Source of the DNA: a bacterium UBA2219
GTDB lineage: Bacteria > Desulfobacterota > Deferrimicrobia > Deferrimicrobiales > Deferrimicrobiaceae
DNA length: 41,054 bases
Assembly (NCBI GenBank): GCA_002327765.1
Contig: DCUH01000008.1
Location: 24,330-65,383 of the forward strand
Direction of reading: 5' to 3'
Part shown: in pieces, positions 25,871 through 33,853 of the stretch
Position numbering within the stretch: the first letter of the stretch is position 1
Layout of the letters: each line of letters starts with the position of its first letter
Notes under the pieces: model-generated
What the model was told of the DNA's origin: nothing
The model's input: only the letters and a program-made list of their open reading frames with translations
Databases searched by the model: none
Translations under genes and position numbers: made by a program

Positions 25871-26638
25871 ATGGACATCGCGGGGATACGCCTTCGAGGC
25901 GTCTGCAAGATCTTCCACTTCGACTGTACGGGAGCGCCTCTCTCCAAAGGCGACTACGCCGTGGTCCAGACCGACCGGGGAGTCGCGCTGGGCGTGGTCG
26001 TTCACCGGTTTGACGGCCACACCCCGAAGAACCCCAAGGTCGCCTACAACAAGGTCCTTCGCCTCGCGACCGCCGAGGACCTGCTGGCGCACCAGGAAAA
26101 CGCCCGCAGGGAGGCCGACGCCGCGGCCTTCTGCATGAAGCGGATCGAGGAGCGCGCCCTTCCCATGAAGCTGGTGCGCGCCGAGTACCTCCTCGACCGG
26201 AGCAAGGTCATCTTCTATTTCACGGCCGACGGGAGGATCGACTTCCGGGAGCTGGTGAAGGACATGGCCCACGAGCTGCGGACCCGCATCGAGATGCGGC
26301 AGATCGGCGTGCGGGACGAGTCGCGCGTCGTCGGCGGCGTGGGTCCCTGCGGCAAGGAGCTCTGCTGCGCGACGTTTCTGACGGACTTCGAGCCGATCAC
26401 CGTGAAGATGGCCAAGGACCAGAAGCTTTCGCTGAACCCCGCGAAGCTCTCTGGGGTCTGCGGACGGCTGATGTGCTGCCTGATCTACGAGCACACCTCC
26501 TACGCCAAGCCGAAGGGCGACGCGGGCGACGCCGAGAAGCGCCCCTCCCCCGCCGCGGAGCCCGCCCCGCCGCCGGAGCGGGACGACCCGGAGGAGCTGA
26601 GCGCGCAACTGACCGAGGACGAGGAGGGCACGCCGTGA
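25871..26638 (+). CDS. ricT: PSP1 / RicT (YaaT) family protein
   Basis: FYFTADGRIDFRELVKD, RIEMRQIGVRDE, GPCGKELCC, GVCGRLMCCL. Confidence 0.92.
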   Translation: MDIAGIRLRGVCKIFHFDCTGAPLSKGDYAVVQTDRGVALGVVVHRFDGHTPKNPKVAYNKVLRLATAEDLLAHQENARREADAAAFCMKRIEERALPMKLVRAEYLLDRSKVIFYFTADGRIDFRELVKDMAHELRTRIEMRQIGVRDESRVVGGVGPCGKELCCATFLTDFEPITVKMAKDQKLSLNPAKLSGVCGRLMCCLIYEHTSYAKPKGDAGDAEKRPSPAAEPAPPPERDDPEELSAQLTEDEEGTP

Positions 26639-28176
26639 GGGACACGTTCTACATCACCACGCCGATCTACTACGTGAACGACATCCCGCACATCGGGCAC
26701 GCCTACACGACGGTCGCCTGCGACGCCATGGCGCGCTGGAACCGGATGAAGGGGAAGCGGGTGTTCTTCCTCACGGGCACGGACGAGCACGGCGAGAAGA
26801 TCCAGAAGACCGCCTCCCTGAAAGGGCTCACGCCCCGGCAGCTCGCCGACCAGGTGGTGACCAACTTCCAGGCGCTCACCCCGGCGCTGACGATCAGCAA
26901 CACCGGCTTCATCCGCACCACCGAGCCGCGCCACTACACGGCCGTCCACGACCTGTTCCGGAAGTCGCTGGCCAACGGGGACATCTACCTCGGCGAGTAC
27001 GAGGGGTGGTACTGCGTGCCCGACGAGGCGTACTGGACCGACCTCCAGGCGGAGGACGGGAAGTGCCCCACCTGCGGCCGCCCGGTGGAGCGGCGCAAGG
27101 AGCCGTCCTACTTCTTCCGGCTGTCGAAGTACCAGGACCGCCTGCTGAAGTTCTACGGGGAGAACCCCCGCTTCATCCGGCCCGAGAGCCGGCGCAACGA
27201 GGTGATCGCGTTCGTCGAGGGGGGCTTGAACGACCTCTCCGTCTCCCGCGAGTCGCTTTCGTGGGGGATCCCGGTGCCCGACGCCCCGGGGCACGTCATC
27301 TACGTCTGGTACGACGCCCTGACGAACTACCTGACCGGCCTGGGATACCCCGGGAAGACGCCCGAGATCGACGCGTTCTGGCCCGCCGACCTCCACATGG
27401 TCGGCAAGGACATCCTGCGGTTCCACGCCGTCTACTGGCCCGCGTTCCTGATGTCGGCGGGGCTCCCGTTGCCGAAGGGGGTCTTCGCGCACGGCTGGTG
27501 GACCGTCGAGGGACAGAAGATGAGCAAGTCGCTGGGCAATGTCGTCGACCCCTTCGACATGGTGAAGAAGTACGGCCCGGACGCGTTCCGCTACTTCCTC
27601 CTGCGCGAGGTCTCCTTCGGGCTCGACGGCGACTTCTCCGAGAAGGAGCTGGTCAAGCGCGCCAACTCGGAGCTCGCGGACAAGCTGGGGAACCTGCTGA
27701 ACCGCACGCTCGGGATGCTCGGGAAATACTTCGACGGCGCCGTGCCGGCGCCGGAGGGCGAAGACCCGGCGGATGCGGTTCTTTCCGGATGCGCCGGCGA
27801 GACGCTGGCGGCCGTGGACCGGGCGATGGACGACGTGGCGTTCCACAAAGCGCTCTCCGCGGTCATCGAGCTCGTCACGAAGGCCAACGAGTACGTGCAG
27901 GCCATGCAGCCGTGGGCGCTGGCGAAGGACCCCGACAAACGCGCGCGCCTGGGGACGGTCCTCTACAACGCGCTCGAGGCGGCGCGGGTGGCGGCCCTGC
28001 TGATGGCCCCCTTCACCCCGTCCGCGTCGCAGAAGATGTGGGACGCCCTCGTCCCCGGCGGGGGACCCGTGGAAAACGAGCGGGCCGACCAGGCCGGCCG
28101 CTGGGGCGGCCTCGCCCCCGGCGCCTCCCTGCCGAAGGCGTGCATCGTCTTCCCCAAGATCGAAACCGGCGCCTGA
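26635..28176 (+). CDS. metG: methionyl-tRNA synthetase, short form without the C-terminal tRNA-binding domain
   Basis: YITTPIYYVN, HIGH, KMSKS; GTG start overlaps the upstream stop. Confidence 0.97.
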   Translation: MRDTFYITTPIYYVNDIPHIGHAYTTVACDAMARWNRMKGKRVFFLTGTDEHGEKIQKTASLKGLTPRQLADQVVTNFQALTPALTISNTGFIRTTEPRHYTAVHDLFRKSLANGDIYLGEYEGWYCVPDEAYWTDLQAEDGKCPTCGRPVERRKEPSYFFRLSKYQDRLLKFYGENPRFIRPESRRNEVIAFVEGGLNDLSVSRESLSWGIPVPDAPGHVIYVWYDALTNYLTGLGYPGKTPEIDAFWPADLHMVGKDILRFHAVYWPAFLMSAGLPLPKGVFAHGWWTVEGQKMSKSLGNVVDPFDMVKKYGPDAFRYFLLREVSFGLDGDFSEKELVKRANSELADKLGNLLNRTLGMLGKYFDGAVPAPEGEDPADAVLSGCAGETLAAVDRAMDDVAFHKALSAVIELVTKANEYVQAMQPWALAKDPDKRARLGTVLYNALEAARVAALLMAPFTPSASQKMWDALVPGGGPVENERADQAGRWGGLAPGASLPKACIVFPKIETGA

Positions 28177-28200
28177 AGCCGGTCCGGCGGGACGTTTTCC

Positions 28201-29571
28201 ATGTTCTTCGACACGCACGCGCATCTCGACCTTCCCCCCCTCTCGGAAGAGGAAGGGAAGGTCGTCGCCCGCGCCCGGGACGCCGGCGTCACCCGGATCC
28301 TGACGGTCGGCATCGACGCGGAGAGCAGCGCGAAGGCGGTCGAGATCGCCCACCGCAACGCGGGCGTCTACGCCGCCGTCGGGCTCCACCCGCACGACGC
28401 CTCCGCCCTCTCCGACTCCCTCCTCGCGCGCCTCGAGGCGCTCTCCCGCTGCGACAAGGTCGTCGCGATCGGCGAGACGGGGCTCGACTTCTACCGGGAC
28501 CGCTCCCCCCGCGACGCCCAGCGCACCGCCTTCCGGGAGCAGATCCGGCTGGCGCGGCGGCGCGGCCTCCCCGTCGTCGTGCACGACCGCGACGCCCATG
28601 ACGAGGTCCTGTCGATCCTCGAGGAGGAGAAGGCCGCCGAGGCGGGCGGGATCATCCACTGCTTCTCGGGCGATTTCGGGACGGCGAAGCGCGCGGTCGC
28701 GATGAACTTCTTCGTCTCGATCCCCGGCGCCATCACCTATCCGAAGTCGGAGGCGCAGGTCGAGGCGATCCGGAAGCTCCCCCTCGAGCGGCTGCTGATC
28801 GAGACCGACTGCCCCTATCTCGCCCCGGTCCCGCACCGGGGGAAGACGAACGAGCCGGCCTTCGTCCCGCTGGTGGCGGCGAAGATCGCGCAGATCAAGG
28901 GGCTCTCCGTCGAGGACGTCGCCCGGATCACCACGCTCAACGCCGTGCGGCTGTTCCGCATCCCCGCCGCCGAGGAGGTGCGGGTCGTCTACAAGATCCG
29001 CAACTCCCTCTACCTGAACCTGACGAACCGCTGCACGAACGCCTGCATCTTCTGCGCGAAGCGGAAGGACTTCCACGTGAAGGGACACCTGCTCCGGCTG
29101 CCCGGCGAGCCCTCCGCGGCGGACGTCCTCACATTGGTCGGCGACCCTTCAGGGTTCGACGAGATCGTCTTCTGCGGCTTCGGCGAGCCGCTGCTGCGCC
29201 TCGAGGAGGTCAAGGAGATCGCGCGGGAGCTCAAGAAACGGGGGGCCCGCGTGCGGGTGAACACGGACGGGCTGGCGAACCTCGTCCACGGCCGCGACGT
29301 CCTGCCGGAGCTCTCCGGCCTCGTGGACGCCCTGTCGGTGTCGCTCAACGCGCCCGACGCCGAAACCTACGCGCGGATCTGCCCCAACCGGTACGGGGCG
29401 GCGTCGTTCCCCGCGCTGCTCGACTTCCTGAGAGAGGCGCCGAAGCACGTCCCGTCGGTCGCCGCCACCGCGGTCGCCCTCCCCGGCCTCGACACGGAAG
29501 GAGTGCGGCGCCTGGCGGAGTCGATCCCCGGCGTCTCGTTCCGGCTCCGGTCCTACAACGAGGTCGGCTGA
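28201..29571 (+). CDS. tatD: TatD-family hydrolase fused to a TatD-associated radical SAM domain
   Basis: DTHAH, GETGLD, HDR, IHCF, ETDCP, then YLNLTNRCTNACIFC (CxxxCxxC), GFGEP and NTDG. Confidence 0.93.
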   Translation: MFFDTHAHLDLPPLSEEEGKVVARARDAGVTRILTVGIDAESSAKAVEIAHRNAGVYAAVGLHPHDASALSDSLLARLEALSRCDKVVAIGETGLDFYRDRSPRDAQRTAFREQIRLARRRGLPVVVHDRDAHDEVLSILEEEKAAEAGGIIHCFSGDFGTAKRAVAMNFFVSIPGAITYPKSEAQVEAIRKLPLERLLIETDCPYLAPVPHRGKTNEPAFVPLVAAKIAQIKGLSVEDVARITTLNAVRLFRIPAAEEVRVVYKIRNSLYLNLTNRCTNACIFCAKRKDFHVKGHLLRLPGEPSAADVLTLVGDPSGFDEIVFCGFGEPLLRLEEVKEIARELKKRGARVRVNTDGLANLVHGRDVLPELSGLVDALSVSLNAPDAETYARICPNRYGAASFPALLDFLREAPKHVPSVAATAVALPGLDTEGVRRLAESIPGVSFRLRSYNEVG

Positions 29572-29953
29572 GCCACAAGGACCGCTGCCTTCGCGCAAGC
29601 ACCTCCCCTTCGGGGACGCCTCGTAGACGGATCAAGGCGATCGGATCGCGGAGCCATCAGATACCGCTTGCGCCGAAAAGGGCTGTCCCCGTTCACTGCG
29701 GGCCGCAGCTCCCCGGCTGCGACCAGCGAACGTGCCTTTCCGAATGCTTTCCCGGCCTTCGTCATCCCCCATCGGTCATCGGGTGCTTTCGCCTATAAAG
29801 AGGGCGGGGTCTCCGCCGGTTCCGCACTTTCGTCCCTCCGTTCAGGGGACACCCTTTTCGGCCACGCGGCATCATGGCTCTCCGTGATCTTGACTCCTTG
29901 ATCCGCCTCCAATCCGGCGCAGGAGGTCTTGCGCTCAGGGCGGTCCTTGCGGC
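29572..29953. repeat. long inverted-repeat (MITE/REPIN-like) element, most complete copy
   Basis: ~29572-29690 is the imperfect reverse complement of ~29845-29953 and encloses a ~135-nt core that recurs at 30157. Confidence 0.8.
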
Positions 29954-29982
29954 GCGATACTTCAAGCTACGGCTCGACCAGA

Positions 29983-30034
29983 GGGGGACAGACTTCGATT
30001 TACCGATAACGAGCGAAGGGGAAGTCTGTCCTCC
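29983..30034. repeat. GGGGGACA hairpin repeat (copy B)
   Basis: GGGGGACAGACTT...GCGAAGGGG-AAGTCTGTCCTCC. Confidence 0.8.
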
Positions 30035-30156
30035 GCCAGCTCGCCTGCGCTGTTTCTCCCTCCGCCTCCCTGGCTCCCGGTTCGAAACAGACGCCGCTCC
30101 GGAACGACCCCCGCCGCTCCACAGGAGGCCCCTTCTCCCGGAACAACAGACCGCGG

Positions 30157-30322
30157 CCCCGGCTGCAACCAGCGAACGTGCCTTTTCGGATGCTTTCCCG
30201 GCCTTCGTCATCCCGTATCGGTGATCGAATACTTCCGCCTATAAAGAGGGCGGGGGCTCCGTCGGTTCCGTACTTTCGTCCTTTCGCTCAGGGAACACCC
30301 TTTTCGGCTTCCGCGACATCAT
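30157..30322. repeat. second, partial copy of the long-IR element (core plus right inner arm)
   Basis: Close direct repeat of ~29711-29875. Confidence 0.85.
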
Positions 30323-30398
30323 CGCGCCCCGGCAGCGCAGCGCCCCACTCCGACCGCGCTACCGGCAGCCCCGGGAAGCGGCGACGCAGGCCACAAAG

Positions 30399-30472
30399 GG
30401 GCGAGTGGTTTCGGGTCAGGGGGGGACACTCTTGGTTCAAACACGGGCGAAGGGAAAGAGTGTCCCCCGCCC
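30399..30472. repeat. GGGGGACA hairpin repeat (copy C) with flank
   Basis: Perfect 13-bp stem 30421-30433/30456-30468; reverse complement of 33656-33721. Confidence 0.88.
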
Positions 30473-30498
30473 GGTTATTAAGAAGACATGCTTGCGGA

Positions 30499-30569
30499 TT
30501 CGCGAGGGGCCCTTCCTGGAAAGTTGCGGAACAGCGTTCCACAACTTTCCAAAAGAGACCCTCCGCGAA
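30499..30569. repeat. palindrome upstream of the TIGR00300-like gene
   Basis: GGAAAGTTGCGGAAC-AGC-GTTCCACAACTTTCC (14/15 paired) with imperfect outer arms. Confidence 0.7.
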
Positions 30570-30605
30570 ATAATAATCATGATTCCTCTTCGGGAGGACG
30601 ACACG

Positions 30606-31832
30606 ATGGGCACCTATTCCCGGGTCATCGAGCTGCGCGGGCACATCATCGATTCCCTCACCTTCCCCAAGGTCCTGGACGAGATCCTGGACCACGGCGC
30701 GGACTACGAGACGGAGGAGATCTCCATCGGCAGGACGCGCCGGGACGCGAGCCGCGCGCGGATCCGCGTGACGGCGCCGTCGGAAGAGGTGCTCGACCGC
30801 GTGCTCGCCCACGTGCGCCGGCTCGGCGCCGAGGCGATAGAGGAAGGGGACGCGGCCGTCCTCCCCGCGCCGGCGGACGGCGTCTTCCCCGAAGGGTTCT
30901 ACGCGACGACGAACCTGCCGACCCGGGTGCGGATCGAAGGACGATGGCTCGACGTGGAGGACCTTTGTATGGACAGCGCGATCCGGGTCCGGGGAGGGTC
31001 GGACCGCCCCCGCTGCGTCAAGATGTACGAGGTGCGGGCCGGGGACCCGATCGTCGTCGGGTACGAGGGCGTCCGGGTCGAGCCGCAGCGGAAGGCCCCC
31101 CTGGAGCGCGGCCTCTTCGAGTTCATGTCCAGCACCGCCTCCCCGGAGAAGTCGAAGGAGCGGATCATCCGGGACATCGCCGGGGAGATGCGGGAGACGA
31201 AACGGTCGGGGGCGGGAAAGATCCTGTGGGTGCTCGGCCCCGCCGTCGTTCACACGGGCGCGAGGGAAAGCTTCTGCCGGATCCTGGACGCGGGGTACGT
31301 GGACGTCGTCTTCGCCGGCAACGGGCTGGCGGCGCACGACATCGAGGCGTCGCTCTACGGCACTTCCCTCGGCGTCTCCATCACGGGGGGGAAGCCGGTC
31401 CCGCGCGGCCACGAGCATCACCTCCGGGCGATCAACGCCGTTCGGGCGGCCGGGGGGATCGGACGCGCCGTCGAGGCGGGGCTCCTCAAGGACGGGATCA
31501 TGTACCGGCTCGAGCGGAAGGGGATCCCGTACGTGCTGTCGGGGTCGGTGCGGGACGACGGGCCGCTTCCGGAGGTGATCACGGACTCCGTGAAGGCGCA
31601 GGCGAGGATGCGGGAGCTTTTCCGGGGCGTCTCCATGGCGGTCATGGTGGCCACCATGCTCCACTCGATCGCCGCCGGCAACCTGCTGCCCGCCGCGGTC
31701 CGCACCGTCTGCGTGGACATCAGCACCGAGATGGTCACCAAGCTCGCCGACCGGGGGACTCACCAGTCGCTGGGTCTGGTCACCGACGCCGAGCCGTTCC
31801 TGCGGGAGCTGGCGGCGCGGCTCCGGGAATAG
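30606..31832 (+). CDS. TIGR00300-family protein (LOR/SDH-like N-terminus; AgrE-type ornithine cyclodeaminase-like)
   Basis: LRGHIIDS, DGVFPEGFYATTN, FEFMSSTASPEK, GPAVVHTG, GNGLAAHDIE, GSVRDDGPLP, MLHSIAAGN, KLADRG; GGAGG RBS. Confidence 0.88.
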   Translation: MGTYSRVIELRGHIIDSLTFPKVLDEILDHGADYETEEISIGRTRRDASRARIRVTAPSEEVLDRVLAHVRRLGAEAIEEGDAAVLPAPADGVFPEGFYATTNLPTRVRIEGRWLDVEDLCMDSAIRVRGGSDRPRCVKMYEVRAGDPIVVGYEGVRVEPQRKAPLERGLFEFMSSTASPEKSKERIIRDIAGEMRETKRSGAGKILWVLGPAVVHTGARESFCRILDAGYVDVVFAGNGLAAHDIEASLYGTSLGVSITGGKPVPRGHEHHLRAINAVRAAGGIGRAVEAGLLKDGIMYRLERKGIPYVLSGSVRDDGPLPEVITDSVKAQARMRELFRGVSMAVMVATMLHSIAAGNLLPAAVRTVCVDISTEMVTKLADRGTHQSLGLVTDAEPFLRELAARLRE

Positions 31833-31855
31833 CCGGGCCGGGCGCGGAGGCGGGG

Positions 31856-32650
31856 ATGCGGCGGGTCCTGATGTGTCCCCCGGACCATTTCGGGGTCGAG
31901 TACGAGATCAATCCCTGGATGTCGCGCGGACGCCGGGTCGATCGGGCGAAGGCGGAGCGGCAGTGGAGGGACCTGTACGACCTGCTGGGGGATAAGCTCG
32001 GGCTGTCGATCTCCCTGCTGAGGCCCCGTAAGGGGCTCCCCGACCTCGTCTTCACGGCGAACGCCGGCCTCGTGCACGGGGACGCATTCCTGCCGAGCAA
32101 TTTCCGGTACATGGAACGGAGGGGCGAGGAGCCCGTCTTCCGGCAGTGGTTCGAGAAGGAGGGGTACCGGATCCGCCCCCTGCCGCCGGACCTTTTCTTC
32201 GAGGGGGAAGGGGACGTCCTCCGGGTCGGCGACCGGCTGTTCGCGGGCTACCGGTTCCGCTCGGACATCCGCTCCCACGAGTGGATCTCAAAAATGCTGG
32301 GCCTGCCGGTGCTCTCCCTGGAGCTGGTCGACGACCGCTTCTATCACCTGGACACCTGCTTCTGCCCTCTTTCGGATGACGCGGCGGCGTACTACCCGCC
32401 CGCCTTCGACCTGTACGGCCGGAGGGTGATCGACGAGGGGATCCGCCGGAAGGTCCTGCCACCGACGGACGACGCGCTGCGGTTCGCCTGCAACGCCGTC
32501 GTCGCGGACCGCAAGGCGGTGATCCCCGCCGGGTGCGGAACCTTCCGGAAGCTGCTGGAAGGGCTGGGGTATGAGGTGTGGGAGACGGAGCTGTCGGAGT
32601 TCATCAAGGCGGGCGGCGCGGCGAAGTGCCTCACGCTGTTCCTCGACTAG
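31856..32650 (+). CDS. amidinotransferase-superfamily enzyme, arginine dihydrolase-like
   Basis: LMCPPDHFGVEYEINPWM, PDLVFTANAG, FEGEGD, FYHLDTCF, GGAAKCLT; GGAGG RBS. Confidence 0.88.
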   Translation: MRRVLMCPPDHFGVEYEINPWMSRGRRVDRAKAERQWRDLYDLLGDKLGLSISLLRPRKGLPDLVFTANAGLVHGDAFLPSNFRYMERRGEEPVFRQWFEKEGYRIRPLPPDLFFEGEGDVLRVGDRLFAGYRFRSDIRSHEWISKMLGLPVLSLELVDDRFYHLDTCFCPLSDDAAAYYPPAFDLYGRRVIDEGIRRKVLPPTDDALRFACNAVVADRKAVIPAGCGTFRKLLEGLGYEVWETELSEFIKAGGAAKCLTLFLD

Positions 32651-32659
32651 GGGGATCGC

Positions 32660-32880
32660 GATGCCGCTTCCGCCGGAAAGGGCTGCCCCCCTTCACTGCG
32701 GGACGCGGCTTCGACGGCCATGGAGGGCCTAGTGCCGCGGAGGCCATGGACGGCCGGGAGCGGCTCGTTCAGGGGACACCTTTTTCGGCTTCGCGGCATC
32801 ATTGCGTTCCGTGATCCGAACGCCTTGATCCGCCTCCGATCCCACGTGGGAGGTCTTCCGCTCAGGGCGACCCTTGCGCC
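32660..32880. repeat. third copy of the long-IR element, with a different core
   Basis: Inner arms and right outer arm match the 29660-29953 element; the core is a CCATGGA-containing module. Confidence 0.82.
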
Positions 32881-32886
32881 GGAATA

Positions 32887-33597
32887 TCAACCAAAAAGCG
32901 CGGGGAGGACCTCGGCGGAGCGGCCGCGGAACACCGCGTCGCACAGCTCGCTGACGGGCGTTTCATCCGGGTTGACCTCGATCACCCGGGCGCCGCGGCG
33001 TTTCGCGACGGCGGCGTAGCCGGAGGCGGGGGCGACCAGGGCCGACGTGCCGGCGACCACCAGCACCTCGCAGCGGCGGAGCATCTCCTCTGCGGCCCCA
33101 GCGGCCTCCCGCGGAAGCGCCTCGCCGAACCAGACGACGCCGGGGCGCAGAATCCCCCCGCAGGAGCCGCACCGGGGCGGGAGCACATCGTAACGGCTTC
33201 GATCCTCGCGCTCCCTCCTGCACGAGGTGCACCGGACGACCCAGATGTTCCCGTGGATCTCGACCATCCGCCGCGAACCCGCCGCGCGGTGCAGCCCGTC
33301 CACGTTCTGCGTGATCAGAAGGAAGTCGGTCTTCTGCCGCTCGATGGCGGCAATCGCAAGGTGCCCCGCGTTGGGCTCGCAGCCCCGGATCTTCTCGCGC
33401 CGCCATCGGTACCATTCCCAGACCTCTTCCGGGTCCGCCGCGAACGCCTCCGGCGTGGCCAGCGACATCGGGTCCCTCCGCTTCCAAAAGCCGTCCGGGC
33501 CCCGGAAGGTGGGGACGCCGCTTTCGGCGGAAACCCCGGCCCCGGTCAGGACGCAGAGGGACCGGCAGTCACGGATCCAGCTTTTCGCGATGTTCAT
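32887..33597 (-). CDS. cobB: NAD-dependent protein deacylase (class III sirtuin)
   Basis: GAGVSAESGVPTFRG, TQNVDGLH, HG, CxxC...CxxC, RPGVVWFGE; WYRWR carries the YxxR acidic-acyl motif. Confidence 0.95.
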   Translation of the reverse strand: MNIAKSWIRDCRSLCVLTGAGVSAESGVPTFRGPDGFWKRRDPMSLATPEAFAADPEEVWEWYRWRREKIRGCEPNAGHLAIAAIERQKTDFLLITQNVDGLHRAAGSRRMVEIHGNIWVVRCTSCRREREDRSRYDVLPPRCGSCGGILRPGVVWFGEALPREAAGAAEEMLRRCEVLVVAGTSALVAPASGYAAVAKRRGARVIEVNPDETPVSELCDAVFRGRSAEVLPALFG

Positions 33598-33616
33598 GGC
33601 CGTGTTGGTACAGGCT

Positions 33617-33721
33617 GGGCGGGGGACACTCTTTCCCTTCGCCTGAACTGGGGGAGGACACTCTTTCCCTTCGCCCGTGTTTGAACCAAGAGTGTCCCCC
33701 CTGACCCGAAACCACTCGCCC
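33617..33721. repeat. GGGGGACA hairpin repeat (copy D, inverted) plus a duplicated half copy
   Basis: 33656-33721 is the reverse complement of 30399-30465 with a single G-run indel; half copy at 33617-33643. Confidence 0.88.
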
Positions 33722-33771
33722 TTATATCGATAGCTTTTCGGTGCGTACCTTCCGTAGAGAAGATCTCCTTC

Positions 33772-33807
33772 GTGGCTTGTGTCTTTTGTGGCCTGTGTCT
33801 CTTGTGG
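33772..33807. repeat. short tandem repeat, 16-nt unit x ~2.25
   Basis: GTGGCTTGTGTCTTTT GTGGCCTGTGTCTCTT GTGG. Confidence 0.7.
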
Positions 33808-33853
33808 ATTGTCGGCGTGCGGAGCGTCCCGTTCGAGGGCAGCGTCCCGGCGG

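Noticed and set aside
29711-29840. Hammerhead ribozyme in the repeat core (GAAA and GATGA words on the minus strand)
   Set aside because: The CUGANGA core and the three-stem arrangement could not be found.
29553-30211. Two minus-strand ORFs both starting MTKAGKA..KARSLVAAG
   Set aside because: The similarity is the translated DNA repeat. The ORFs diverge outside it, overlap palindromes and show no protein family features.
29572-30470. Possible CRISPR array
   Set aside because: There are no regularly spaced identical 25-45-nt repeats with unique spacers, and no cas genes.
30488-32650. 720-aa ORF suggesting a fused ArgZ
   Set aside because: Its upstream part is an off-frame reading of the TIGR00300 gene. 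Each gene has its own RBS and start, and the first has its own stop.
19254-33597. GcvH-L/SirTM lipoyl ADP-ribosylation system (gcvH plus sirtuin)
   Set aside because: The genes are 13 kb apart, the sirtuin is a typical CobB class III enzyme, and no macrodomain or lipoate ligase is present.
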